64,000 bases of DNA from Lama guanicoe (taxonomy: Eukaryota). The DNA lies in assembly GCA_013239625.1 (NCBI GenBank), contig MU056050.1:5527366-5591365 (forward strand), given 5' to 3'. The position numbers and the translations under genes are program-made. The notes beneath the pieces were generated by a model. That model was not told the DNA's origin. It saw nothing but the letters and a program-made list of their open reading frames with translations, and did no database searches. Below, piece by piece: positions 25,661-39,560 of the stretch. Every line of letters begins with the position of its first letter. The stretch's first letter is position 1.

Positions 25661-27764
25661 ATTCAATCAAAATAAATAGTGAGGGTGGAGGTGGAGTTAA
25701 GAACCACTGCTGGGTCAAAACTCTGTAAACTGTTGTCAGCAACGATATTCAAATTTGCTCAGTTATTCCTTTTTATTTCTTTAAATTCAAGGATGTTTTT
25801 CAATTTCTACATTACTTTGGAGGAAAGAACACCACAGTACACGTATGACAATTTACATAGTTGGTATCATGCAATATTATGTTCATAACAGGTATAAAGA
25901 TAGTCTTCAGCTCTTTGGGAAGTTGGAGAAGCTTCTACACTCTGGTGTGCGTCACCACCTAAACACGTGGATGGTAGGTGAACGGGGCAGGTGGCAGGGG
26001 CTATTACAGTGAAGGTCATTAGGGTCAGGTGGGCCTTTTGCCAACTTAAAAAAATGTATCATGTAAATACTTATAACTACAATCTAGCATCCAGTGCAGT
26101 CCTATCCTATAATCAGGGGGACCCATTCTCTTTTTGAGAGCTGTTAACTCTATAGCTAATAGGCAACCTGCTTGTGGACAGAGTCCCTTATGACTATTCT
26201 TTCAATCAAATTCATTCAGTATGTGTTTAGGAACACCTTCCAAAATAAATTTACCCCAGTGAAAATTAAGAAACAGGAGAAAACAGAGAGGAAAAGACTG
26301 ACAACACATTTCTTAGATTTTAAGACATTCACATTTGAGGATAAATAGAAACATCACCAGGAGAAATGTATGTAGTTAGGGACTTCAATATTATAGTGAT
26401 ACAGATTTATATCTCATTTATATATTTATGTACCATTTATTCTGAACAATCCCACAGGATGAATACTATTATTAGCTCTTCACAAAGGGGGAAACAGAGT
26501 CAGGCCGTTAATTGTTTTTCCAGGACTTCCCTCAAAGCTAATTTGCACAGCCATGATTCCCATCAGTCTGTTTTGTGTCAAAGTCTGTGCTTTTTCAAAT
26601 ATATTAGATTGCCTCAATAAGGGGTAGCAGAGTATCTCTTAAGGTGGAGGAAAACAGAATTAAAAGGGGAAAAAAAAGGATTTTAACTTTCTAAGACAAA
26701 TGCTCTCTTTCTTCAGGATTTCCCAGAAAAGAGACATAGGCCATCGCTTGTATATCCTGACACAGTTTTGCCACTGATTGGCTCTAAACTTGTCAAACTC
26801 CTCCACAAAATGTGTTTACCATAATGAATTTTTTCCTGATTCCACTTTGAATGTCAAGGATTGAGAACAGTAAAGTAAGTCAAACTTTCTTCTAATATGA
26901 TGAGAGAACAACACAGAACTCTGCAGAAAGAGAGACTGTCTAAGACCCATCCAGAATTTAGTTGCTGAAGTAGCACAAAGACCTCGCTATGGTTTCCTTT
27001 CCTGTAACAATAGCATGGCCCCAAGAATGAGGTTTCAGTGAGACCCTGGAGGGTACTGTAATTTCATTAAAATATGTTTTATTATCTTATACCTTTCTAA
27101 CCTTCACAAATAAAATTTCATTTCTAGCTGAAACTTGATGTCATTCTTTTCTGGCTGGAATGGGAAGATCTGGGGAATGGGTGAAAGAAATTTATTGAGT
27201 TGTTAAAAATATATGATCCAGGTCTTGTCTAGTTTTCACGTCCCTGGCTCATAAACACAGTTGCTGTCTTTCATGCTTCATTTCTGTCAATCACTGTGAC
27301 AGGCAGAGCGGAATTCCCTTCTTCTGCTTTCTCAAACAAAAGCAAAATAAACAAAGTAATATTTTGATGTAGAACATCAGGATTTTGGTGAAGGTGCACT
27401 ATTTTCCAATTCCAGTCCACTTTGAGACCTGTTGTCAGGTTGGGGGTAGTGGGGACTGCAAAGGTACTCCCTGGCAGGGCCAGTGCGGAGGGAAGGCTGA
27501 GGTTGGGCGTTCATCTGAGCCACTGGGGAATGTGAAAGAGCGAAGACCTGACGCAGTATGCGGGGCACAAACGCCTCTGCTTAGTGTGCTTGGCTCTTCC
27601 TCCCACATGTGAATTCAGAAAACTGAGAAGGAACCTGGCGGAAATGTTTATGCTTTGAGTATAGGTTCACAAAAACTAAAGGAATCCAAGGTGACACAAC
27701 ATGAAGACCTAACAGGCGTAACTTTATGACTCAGTATTGTCAAGTCTTATCTAGCGTGTTCTGG

Positions 27765-28346
27765 TTTTTTTTTTCACTGAAGTATAGTCAGTTGATTTAC
27801 AATGTTGTATTAATTTCTGGTGCTCAGCATAGTGATTCAAATATATATTCCTTTTTGTGTTCTTTTCATTATACACCATTACAAGGTATTAAATATAGTT
27901 CCCTGTGCTATAAAGTAGGACTTTGATGTTTATCTATTATATATATAGTACTTAGTATCTGCAAATCCCAAACTCCCAATTTACCCCTCCCCATCCCTTT
28001 TCCCACTGGTAACCATTCGGTTGTTTCCTATGTCTGTGAGTCTGCCTCTGTTTTGTAACTAAGTTCATTTTTGTGTCCTTTTTAAGGATTCTACCTATAA
28101 GTGATATCATATGGTAATCTTTCTCTTTCTGGCTTACTTCACTTAGAATGATCTCCAGGTCCATCCATGTTGCTTCAAGTGGCCTTATTTCACTCTTTTC
28201 TATGGCTGAGTAGTATTCAATTTTATATAAATACACATACACACACACACACACACATGTATACATACCCCACAACTTCTTTATTCAGTGATCTGTCAAT
28301 GGGTATTTATGTTGCTTCCATGCCTTGGCTATTGAAAATAGTGCTA
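27765..28346 (-). mobile_element. Short L1 3'-end insertion (ORF2 tail plus 3'UTR)
   Basis: Poly(T), then gaagtatagtcagttgatttacaatgttg; the minus ORF gives YYSAIEKSEI...TWMDLEIILSEVSQ (ORF2 C-terminus). Confidence 0.92.
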
Positions 28347-28919
28347 GTGGTACTTTTGTAGGAGCTGTTTTGAATTTTTGGAGGGTAAAATGTAAGAAAC
28401 TATTATTACTCATAAATATAAACCTTGTTGGAAAGACTACATGATAGAGAATGAGCAAACAAATGGGGAGATACAGGCTGGTGGGAAAGCGTTTGTACCT
28501 TCTCAGAATGTCTGCTCAATGCAGGAGAGCTACCTTGGACAGTTTACTATAGAACCCAGCCCTGTCATGACCAGAGTGTATAAGTTACACCTTTCTGGCA
28601 TAAATTCAACAGGTAGATTAACATAGTCCTCAACTCATTGGTACATAAGAGCTGAATCTATAAAGCCAGCTGTGCATTCGATAATTCATGTCATAATCAC
28701 AAAGATAATGAAAAAGTTATATTTTCATAAATACATAACCTCCTCCCTGATCTCTGGATCAACACTTTCACCAGATTTCCTCAAAACCTACATAATACAT
28801 AGCAAAAATAAATTAGAGGTCAAAAGAAACCAAAGAAAGAGGCACCAAGGACACAAGTTTAACCATGTATATATACACCTAGAAGTCAATGGAGATTCTG
28901 GACATACACAAGTGTAACG

Positions 28920-29145
28920 CAAACCACAATGCATAGTGTTCAAAAACTGGAAACAAGTTGTTGAGTTCAAATCTTAGTTCTACTACATACTAGTTCTATG
29001 ACTTTGAGCAAGTTACTTCACCTCTCTGGGCCTTCATCTCCTGATCTGTAAAGCCTTTTAGAGTTACAAGGCTGAAATAAATCAACAGTGCAAAATGGTT
29101 ACAACACGTCCTGATATATAGTGAGTGCTAGGTAAGTGCTATTAT
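28920..29145 (+). mobile_element. MIR SINE
   Basis: gagttcaaatcttagttctactacatactag...gactttgagcaagttacttcacctctctgggcct. Confidence 0.75.
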
Positions 29146-30691
29146 TCTAAGCTACAGGTCTCCATCTGTCCAGTCTTCCATATGTAACGGGCACAAAGAG
29201 GAGATTATGGGCAAATGAGTCTCTATTTTCAATTAGGTTTTGCCATAATTTGCATGCAAAGAAACAAAAATGACAGGCCAGCCCCTTTATCAAGCTGTTC
29301 CCCTCTATCTCAGACAATATGATTTATCTTCCCTTCTTCTTTGCTTATCTCCTTTCCTTCTAGTAATTTAAACGATTTAACTGAACATGCATTTCTCAAG
29401 GGAAAGGAAAAGTGTCCATTCAATCTGTAACACATGAAAGCAGAGTACAGTCTTGTAAGGCCAGGACAGACACCCAGTGCTCTGGAGGAGATTTCCATGA
29501 TTCTCTTCATGGCCACCACCCACGGTGATCTCTACGTTTCTTGAACTTACATAACAATGCATTGTGAATCATATCCCTAGCACTAAAAATTAGTAAAATC
29601 ACCTCATGATTTTGACTGTGAGACTTGCCTACTTGCCCAACAGGATTATAAGGATTTTTAGGGCTAGGAATATTGTTCCATTTTGTCATACCTTCTGTAA
29701 TAGCTAGCACAGGGCTAGGCATGGTATAGGAGCCTCAGAGCTCTTGTTTAATGACTGACTGATTGACAACTCATTAAATTTTCCCCAATTCACTCAACAA
29801 ACCATCTACCCTTAGCATATTTAATCCCACTAGAGGCTAAAATTTGAAGTTCAGGGAAAAAAATTACAGCACAGTCTCGCCATTCTAGAAAAATGTAATT
29901 TGCCAACCTTCTAAAGTTTTCTTTTCTTCCCAAACCATCAGATTATGAAATGTAATTTCCCAGAGAAATGTGCCATTTCCTTCATTAGCAATAGGCAAGA
30001 AGATCTTGGTAGAAATACTACAAACTATAGAGATGCTATCGTTTTGTACAAGGGAAAATACTAGAATTAAGCATTATTTTAGCCAAAGTAGAGTCTACAA
30101 AAGCTGAGTATTACGAGGAAAAAAGAAAGCAGAGGATGTCTCTTCAGTGAGATAATCAAATAAAGATCAACTTATTTCCCCCGACTCCTTCTTGGTACTG
30201 TGTCAACTGCCTAGGCTAGTTGATTACTCTTTGGCATCATTTCTGTTCAAGAGCTATGGGTAGAGTCTCAAATAGCCAGAGACAGATATGGACAGCAAAA
30301 AAGGAAAAGGTAACAATAATTTACAAACAGCATATCCTACATTTTATGGTAGAAACACCTTCATATGGGAGGAGGGTAAGGCTTTGAAGTGCATGCATCT
30401 GGAAAATGCACTTTAAAATACCTAATATAACTAAATCACATTCTAGATATTTCCATTCACACTGTGCCAGACTGCTGACCATTTTGAAATGATTCCTTTT
30501 TATCTCTTTAAGGATCAATAATATGTTCTTTGTCTTCATTTTCTTTCTGGAATTAAAGTTGAGCAATTGCCACAATTTAGAAAGAAAGAGATCGAATCAC
30601 AGACAGAAGATCTGATTTACACATATACTGTCAAAAGCAAATTAAAAGTATTCTTGGTCTTTCAGTGTGAAACACAATGGCATATACTCAC

Positions 30692-30784
30692 CTTTCTTCT
30701 TCGTCAGACTGTCTCTGCTCAGGATTTCCAAGATGCTATAATCCTGAGAGTCATTCTCTTCTCTCCTCCATTCCTTATGGTAAT
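30692..30784 (-). other. Candidate spliced internal exon (93 nt), gene unknown
   Basis: Acceptor tttttttgctgttattctag|ATT and donor AAG|gtgagt; purine-rich body; one open frame (phase 1-1): xYHKEWRREENDSQDYSILEILSRDSLTKKK; peptide not recognised. Confidence 0.45.
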
Positions 30785-30839
30785 CTAGAATAACAGCAAA
30801 AAAATACACTAAACCACGGAGGAAAAATGAAATATCACA

Positions 30840-31320
30840 CTGATTCATTCAACAAATGTTTATTGAGAACCTACTATCTGCTAAGCACTGTTACAAATAA
30901 AACAATGAACAAGAAAAACATAGTCCTTATCCAAAGAGAGCTCAAAGTTCTGTAAGAGACAAGAGACTCAACAGTTACACACTAGTGTGGGTGCAGAGAT
31001 GGGAAAAACGCAGGGTGCTCAAGAGGGACATCCAACTCATAACCCAAATGAGGGAAGGTACACGGGCAGGGATCAAGAACACTCTCCCAGAAGATGTAAC
31101 ATCTGAAGAGAAGAACTGAAGCACAGGTAGGAATTGATCAAATCAGAGTGGGAATAGGGTCAAGGGGGAATGATTCAGATAGAGAAAATAGAATGTGTAA
31201 AAGGACCAAAGGAAGAGAGAATAATTCATTCAAGAATCTGAAGTATGTTTAATACATTTGTTCCATAAAAGGCTGGTACAACAGTGAGAGATAAGGGATG
31301 AAACTGGAGAGGTAAACATT
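30840..31320 (-). mobile_element. L2 LINE 3' fragment
   Basis: tgattcattcaacaaatgtttattgagaacctactat is the canonical antisense L2 end. Confidence 0.75.
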
Positions 31321-32931
31321 TAACTCCTGAATCTTACCATGGCTAGTTTGTTTCCAGGTTTTGAGGGGCGTATCACCAATTCTTTTCATTATCTTGCAAT
31401 ATCAGTACTTGAGCCACAAAACCCTAGCACACCCTTCAACATCATCTTGCCTAGGTTTATTAATTTCCTATCTTGCAGAATTCCTTCATGCAAAGAGCAA
31501 AATGTCAGAATTCAACATCGAAGAATAACCTTGGACATCTTGATCAATTTCAAGGAGAGAGATTCCCAGTTTATAAAAGAATTAGCCCTCTTAGTTCCTG
31601 GTTCTGTACTGTATGAAATAGGTGTCCCCTTTTGAGGGAGTTGAACATCAAGGATGACTTTGTATTTCAAGAGAAGCCTCGCCACAAAACATACGGGTAT
31701 GTGGCTTTATTCTGAAAGGCACATCTGTATAAGCAACATGCAATCTAACCCAAGAGGCCAAAAAAAGTTATATCCAAAAAGCAACAAGGAAGTCATTACC
31801 TCACAACCAGCATTTGACAAAGCTAAATAGTTGAATAAGAGCAATGGAGGGATGCCATAAAAATGACCTCTGCTAATGAAATGACAAGAACCATAAAAAC
31901 AGCAAATTTCCCAGCCCTCAGCTCTTAGATGCCTGAAGTCTCTGAATATTTTTTTTCTTGAAAAATCTAGGAATATTTCATTCTTTTCATGGAGAAAAAT
32001 TTCAGAGCAGATTTCCATGTCAATCAGATAGAAACAACATTAGCATATGCTGAGCAACTGTGATGTGCGAGGCTCTTTAGTAAGCATAGGAAAAGCAGAT
32101 CTCGGCCTATGTAGCTTCCACTTTAACAATGATACGAGTACAACCATGTTCACCATCAATTTATCATGGATTCTTTTAGTTTTCTCTTAAAAGGTAATCA
32201 TGGGAGAAAAAAAAGGAGCGATGTGGTTAGTAAGAGAAATGGGACAATTACTTTCCATTTTCCAGATTGCATTTCACATAAATATTAGTATTCCAGGAAA
32301 GATTTAATTGATATCAGATTTACAAAGAAAGGAAAGCTGAGTTTCAAAAACTTGAACAAATCTCCTTTTTTATAGAATTTCTTAGAACATTTTATCTACG
32401 AATATAAACTATGAATCTCCAAGAAAAGAATATCAGATGCAATTTTCCTCAAAGGTATTTGTCCTTGTTTTTATAGAATCCCTCCCAAATAGAGTCTATA
32501 AAGAACAATGCTAATAAAATACCAGGAGTTATTTATTTTCAGAAGCTATGGGCTTCAGGAGGTTAAAAAAAAAAGTAACATACCAAGTGTTTTTAGTGTT
32601 TGCTAATATAAATAAATGCCATACTTCAAGTACCCCACCTCAGTAATGAAATCTTCTTTCCTTAAGGCCTTGGGCCCAAATTAATCTTTCGAATCTCTCA
32701 GGTGTCATAGCTTTCTTTAGCTGTATTCCAATATAATATACCCAGCATCGTGTGCTGGAGAAATCATGACCAATAGATACAGAACCAACAGAGTTTTAGT
32801 CCTAGCTAGGAAATATGAGCAAATAACAGTGTCCTTGAACTTCAGTTCCTCCAACTATGAAATAAAGGCAACACTACTAGCTAAAATGAATTGACTTATG
32901 TGGGAATTGTAAAATGTTATATAATTATGCT

Positions 32932-32932
32932 G

Positions 32933-32970
<38 letters not shown>

Positions 32971-32990
32971 ACACACACACACACACATAT
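32932..32990. repeat. (TA)n/(CA)n microsatellite
   Basis: Directly visible. Confidence 0.95.
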
Positions 32991-35900
32991 ATGAGAGGAA
33001 GTCAGAAGGACAGAATATTACAGAGGACAACTACATATTCACACTTTGACTCAACATAATTCTGGTTACTTTGTTGTTTAAAATATTTTTGATGATAAAT
33101 AGCACCAATATATATTTAAATATTTAAAGCAGCATGATTATACCCAGAAGACATATTACACAATATTAATATTTTTCTATGCTTTACAATGGCTTTGTTC
33201 ATAAGATTTCCTCTCTTCCTCCCTGCCTCCTCTACCATGCTCAGTCTGTTGGAATTACGCTGGAAATGTGAGGATTTAAGTGTTTCACTTTGCTTTTTAC
33301 TTTGCTGTCTATATAAATGAAAAATAGTATACTTCATGAAGAATCCGACGATTCATTTCAACAATTTGCAAAATCCTGCATCTACAGTAATTCCTTGCAT
33401 ATACTTACCTTGAGAGTTACACATAGCAAGTCAGTAAATCCAAAATTCTTCAGGATTATAGCAAGTAATATTTGATTTTTAAAACCTAAGACTCAGCCAT
33501 GATGCAAGTTTCTCAAGGTGACTCAACAGGCAAGGCAAGGGAACAAAACTCAGAACTCTAATTTCCCATCCTGTCTCCCTCCGATTGTCCAGGCACCCTC
33601 CTTAACACAATCAGGTTTCACCTACAAGAATACTGGTTAATATCTCCTGGTGCTAAAATGGAATTGGGAGGCTTGAAAATGGAAATTGGTTACTTAATTC
33701 ACTCTGAATCAATGTCTCTGTTGATAATGCATCTGTCAATGTAAGTATCAGGGATTCAGCTGGGTACCGGTGCATAGCTCCTCAGTCACTGTCTCAGGAT
33801 ATCCTTGTGACATTAGGGAAAAGATCAGATTTTCAATCAGGCTTCAGCTGTGCTGCTCTTTTTTCAGCACACATTAAAATGCACTTAGAGTGACCTCCCT
33901 ACAAGGGACAAAGAGGTAAAAGTGTTCTTGAAAGAGTATTGAGAGAGTCAGGGACCATTCTAAAGAATAAATGTGAACAATAAATACTGGATGCTGATGA
34001 TAGGCTCACAGACTGCTTAGACATTCAGTGTGCGCTTTGAAAAAACATCCTAAAATATATAGGTGGTGTGTACACACTGTTGAGTATGTATGCTTGCTGA
34101 GAAGGAAAAAACTGTCCATAAGAATAATTTATAAGTTACTAAAGTGAGTCATGGGCTACATGCAATTAAGATGTGAGAGAATTCTGTGAGGACAGGAACC
34201 GTGTCTTCCACATCTCTCAATCACTATTATTTAGCATGGTACCTGGACTGGAGTAAGTACTTGTTAAATGTTCATTGGACGAATGAATAAATCAATGAAT
34301 GCACACAAAAGTAAATCACAAATACATATATTCAGGTAAATGATGTTCTTAGTAATTGTCCAACAGTTTTATCCCTTAGTTTCTAAGTTATTATTTCGGG
34401 ATAATGCATTCCTCTTTATACACTGTCACATTAGAATACATGCAGAGCTCATAGGAATACAGAAAGAAATCAGATTTCACTCAATATAGGAGAATTTGGT
34501 ACAAAGGTTTGCTTGTGCAAATATACTCAATTGGTACTCATCCAATGTTTGAGTAATGGGACATTCAAATAAAGTGAAAAGTCCAGGAGAGACTGGAAAT
34601 CACATCTGCCATTTCTATGCACCTACTATATTCCACATGTGGTATCTACGCTTTATTGATTTAATTTCATTTAATGTTTTCAACAACCGAGTGACGTAGG
34701 GATTACATTCTATATTAAGGAAGCTATGGCTTAACAACAGTAAAATAACCTATCAGTGATCATAGAATAGGCAGTAAATCAATGATTTTATTGCATGTCT
34801 AATATTATAACTCGAAACCTTCTACACTGACTCTAGCCACCACCACCTTCCATCTCACACACACACACATCACTGCAAATAGGATAAAGAAAAGCAAGGT
34901 TTCTTCACAATTCATCCTCCTCCTTCCACTCTTTCAACTTCCCATGCATACTCTGTTCTGGCCACAACTTACTTGTCTTTTTCCTGAGAAATGCCATCTA
35001 TTTGGATACATCTTTCTGATCTTTTGTTCATGATATTCCCCCAGATGAACTCCCTTCTTTCTGTTCTTTGCTTAGCATTATTCCAGATATTATCAGGTCC
35101 ATTTGCAGTATCACTACCAGTCAGTGCCCTAAAATCTTTGTCCAAACTGATAGTACAGATGGCCCTTACCACAATGTAATATAAATGTAAGTAGTATAAT
35201 ATCTAGGAAAAGACATTACACATGGGATGCAAACTGCTAAGCTGGAAAAACCAGCAATCTCGCTTTAATGACTTAAAAGGCACTTCAGTATCTTTCACTG
35301 CTGCATAATTACAGGGCAGTGTAAACGCTCATATTCTGGGGATAGTAGTATAATTAAGCCCTCATGTTTTAAAGCCATAGAGAGCAAAGTTGAAAATCCT
35401 AGCTCCATCAATTATTCACATGGATCTTGGGAAATTCACTCTAATTCACTGTCTTTCCATCTGTAAGATGGGATTTGATAATACTTTCACTATCAATAGC
35501 TATTCTGAATATCCAAAAAGATAATCTCTGCAGTATTTGCACGCAATAGATATTAGTTATTAAGTTCTAGATGTTCACAAGTGCTGATCAATTGAGAAGC
35601 TGTGCTATTAATTACCTGATCAATAAAAGTTTACATTGCAGATTAAGCTAAGTTGGGAACAGACATAGGCCAACAGCACATTCTGTCCGTATTGACTGTA
35701 AGCTAAGATTGCGTCCATATACAGAGGCCTATAAAAGGCAACTAGCAGCTAGTACCATGGGAATTCCTGAAACATTTCAGAAATATTCCTATCAGGAAGT
35801 CGATCTCCCCATGACAGCCATAAGGTGAGATGACATGGCGACTAGAATGAATATCAGCTAGGTCAACACCACAGGTAAACAGTGGTCTGTAGTCTTGACT

Positions 35901-36159
35901 TGTACCTCAGCCCAGTGGGGCAGGACGCCACAAGCTCCAACATACTGTTTGGACCAGACAGTTACGAAATTTAAGAGTAATTTTAAGAGCTGCTTCAATT
36001 AAGTTCATGGCTTAAAAACTTTGGGTTGTTCCACCTGGTTGAGTGTTTGGCAGACAAGGTTAACTGGACTGCTGTCACATTAGAATCTAGTGAGCTATGT
36101 CATTGGCCATATATAGAAAACAATCCATTTGTAAATGGGCCAGCTGATCAGAAAATATA

Positions 36160-36660
36160 AAAATAATAATATTTTGGCTATGATGTGGACAAAAGGGAAC
36201 ACTTGTACACTATTGGTGGGAATGTAAATTGGTGCAAACAATATGGAGTTTCCTTAAAGAACTAAAAACAAAACCACCATAAAATCCAGCAATTGCATTC
36301 CAGGAGATTCTGGAAAAAAATGAAAGCACTAAATAGAAAACATGTGCACCCCAATGTTCACAGCAGTGTTATTTATTATAGCCAAGATATGAAAGTGACC
36401 CAGCTGTTCATTAACAGAAAAATGGATAAAGAAGATTTGGTATATATACATATATACACACACATATACACACAATGGAATACTACTCAGCCATAAAAAA
36501 GAATTAAAAGTTTCCATTTGCAGCAACATTGATAGACCCAGAGAATATTAGCCTTAGGGAATAAGCCAGACAGAGAAAGACAAATACTGTATGATATCAC
36601 ATATGTCAAATCTAAAAAAATAAAATAAGTTAAATTTATATGCACAACATAAATAGGCTC
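36160..36660 (+). mobile_element. L1 3' fragment (ORF2 C-terminus and start of 3'UTR), with internal deletions
   Basis: gatgtggacaaaagggaacacttgtacactattggtgggaatgtaaattggtgca...aatggaatactactcagccataaaaaag. Confidence 0.9.
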
Positions 36661-37739
36661 AGATATATAACACATATTCCCAGATATATTCTATCTTCTA
36701 CCTGCATCCTGAGTCATAAATCACCATTAAAATTTATCATTTATGTGAGTAACTTGTTAACTTTCTATTTCTTTCACTGTATTGTAAGCTCCAAGAGGGC
36801 CAATGACCATGTATATTTTGTTTATTGCACTGTCCTTAGCACTTACCTCAAATTCTGACACTGTAGGTACCTAATGAATATTTGGTGAATGCACTGATTC
36901 AATCAATATTCCCCTTGGCAGGGTCACACATGATTTTATGGCCTATTGCCAATTCCAAACTTCACACTGAGGGTCAATTCCACAAACTTTACATAAGTTT
37001 AGTAATCACAATCTTGAATCCTTATGGAGCATGTGGTAGAAATGAGTGAAGTGGCCCTGGTGTAAAACCAACTGAGAGTAGTTGGGATTATAGAGATATA
37101 GAGTGCATGCAGTGTCTAAAGACATTAAAAACTACTGGACTGGTCAAATGAAACACAATCAGTGGGTTGACAGTTTGTGACCATTCTTTTGGCTCAATGA
37201 AGACATGTTGTCACCCGATACTGGAAACTTTCTATCATCCCCTGAAATCAGCTGTCACATAGAAATAGGCAATTAGCCAAAGAGAACAATTTGCTACAAG
37301 GAATTCTTAGATATAGCTGTCAAGGTGTATTCATTTATACTTATCACCATAGAATGAAATTAGGTGAAAATCTTTGAGTGGGTCCTAAAAAACAGAGAGA
37401 ATAAAATTGAATGAAACAACAACAGGATGTCAGCCATAAGGCTATCAATTTTATTCCCCTGAGTAATTTTCCTCTAAAATTGTAATGATCTATGAAACTG
37501 AGTCACTTAAAAGTAAATAAACCAGAAACAAACAAATAAAAGAGGAGAAAATGTGAGAAAATCTGTAACACAGAATTGTGTATTTTCAATAAAAATGTAT
37601 AGTATATTGTATCTGTAAAATATATTCTAAATGGCAGAGAGTAATGGAAAGGGAACAAAATAAAATCAGGGAAGATTTCATGATGACTAACATATTACTT
37701 AACTTAAAACTGTGATGCAGAAAAGTAATTAAAAGTATC

Positions 37740-37833
37740 TAATTTCATTGTGTGCCTGTTATAGTCTAGAAACCATTCTAAATATGTAACATGCTATATA
37801 GCTCACTTACTCCTCCCAGTGCTGTGAAGTAGA

Positions 37834-37878
<45 letters not shown>

Positions 37879-38010
37879 TACCACCTCATTCTTTAAAAAA
37901 TAGGAGCATAGTAAATTTACAAAACTTTTCAAAAGTCACATAACTAGTAAAGAGCACAGCTGGGACTCAAAGACAGGTTTTCCTGATTTAAAATCCTAAA
38001 GCTAAATCAA
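37740..38010 (-). mobile_element. MIR SINE carrying an expanded (TTA)n at about 37834-37877
   Basis: ctgtgaagtagatattatt...aagtcacataactagtaaagagcacagctgggactcaaa. Confidence 0.7.
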
Positions 38011-39069
38011 CTAATTCCCCAATATTTTAATAACCAGACTAATGTATCATATACATACATACTACACACACACACACACACGCACACATATTTATATCGA
38101 ATCCTAAAAAATGGAGATTTAGGAGAAATAATTTAAAAATCTACATATAAAGGAAGGATTTATAGAGTAACTCTATACTTATGTGTAACTTTTTATTGTC
38201 ATGGAGAGAGGAAAACTCCTATTAATATCTGTAGAAACAAATCAACAAGAAAAAAACAAGTAAAAAACAGCTTACCTAAAAATTAAATCAAACATAGCTT
38301 TTATTTTTAATATCTTCCCTAACATTAAAGGCTGGGAATCAATGAACATTGACTATGGAGTTTTGAGGAAAAATAAAATAGCAACAAAATTCTATACCCA
38401 GCCCAGCTATTATACACCTGCAAGAGTAGCAGAAATACAGATATTCAGATATTCAAGGTTGAGAGAGTATACACCATAATTACTCTACATAAAAAGAGTA
38501 ACTTCAATAAATCAAGATATGAGTCAAAATTATGAATTTGAGAGTGGGGCTTATGCTACAAAATAAATAGTAATTAAAGAACAGGAAAATGTAGAGTATA
38601 AATAATTGTTAACAGAAGTATGAAATGTTTAAAACTTTTTTTATTATGAGAGTGAGGTTTATAATGCATCTCTTGAAACTTGAGCTTGAAGTCCCCAAAT
38701 TCCCTCAAATGCTCAGACCCTTCCCAAGACCCTGGAATGAAGGTCCCTAGCAACGTGTTCACCAAGTCCTATGTTTCTGAAAAAAGAAGCAAAAATAAAC
38801 TATTTTATCTATGACTAGTTTCTACCTCAACATCTGCTTTGTTAAATTCCCCCTTGTGTAAAGGTCATTGGAGTAAACATGAGAATTCTGGGAATTCATT
38901 TAAAGGCAAAGTGAGTTGGGAATATATTTTGTTTTGGTTTATTGGGAGATATATATATATACTTTATATTATAAATAAAATACACAGCATATGCACATAT
39001 ATTACAATACTTTACATACACATGTACACAATAGTGTTCACAGTTACTTCTATGTATAATGTTTAGAAG

Positions 39070-39560
39070 CCATCCCAGTGTAGGAAGGGCTTCCAGGCAG
39101 GCTTCTGGTGCCTACTGTGCCTTGGTGTCCGGACATGACGGAGCAGTATGCATGACCGTGTAAATATGCCCATGCCCTCCAGCATCTGGCCTGAGCAGTG
39201 TGTGAGCAGAGGAGGAGAAGCAAGTTTTCAAATGCATGGACCTAGAAGCTAGCCTGTGGAAAATTACTCCAAATCTTATGGGTCATATAGGAAAGAAATT
39301 TAACAGAAGTTTTCTAAAATTTGACCTCACATCTTAGAAATTATGTGACCTTACAAATAATCAGTTTTGATGTTTAAAATCATCCTAAATTACTATTTTT
39401 AAAAACCCCATCAACGATGTTACAGGAAAGATGAAATTACCTTTATAGCCTCTTGGATAAAAGTGAAAAAAAAAACTCTTGGGTCATTTCTCATTGGTCA
39501 AAGAGTATCTGGCTAAAACATGATGAAAAAATAAATTACAGATATCTGCAAGGCAAAGGG
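39070..39560 (+). mobile_element. hAT-Tip100 DNA transposon relic (Zaphod/MER115-like) with a decayed C-terminal dimerisation region
   Basis: acagaagttttctaaaatttgac...tcaacgatgttacaggaaagatgaaattacctt...tcaaagagtatctggctaaaa resembles decayed FPNL...STMLEERLNYL-type hAT coding sequence (recalled). Confidence 0.55.

Noticed and set aside
34930..35180. Minus-strand ORF ending at a gtaagt donor
   Set aside because: The sequence looks like a decayed L2 fragment, and I found no matching acceptor.
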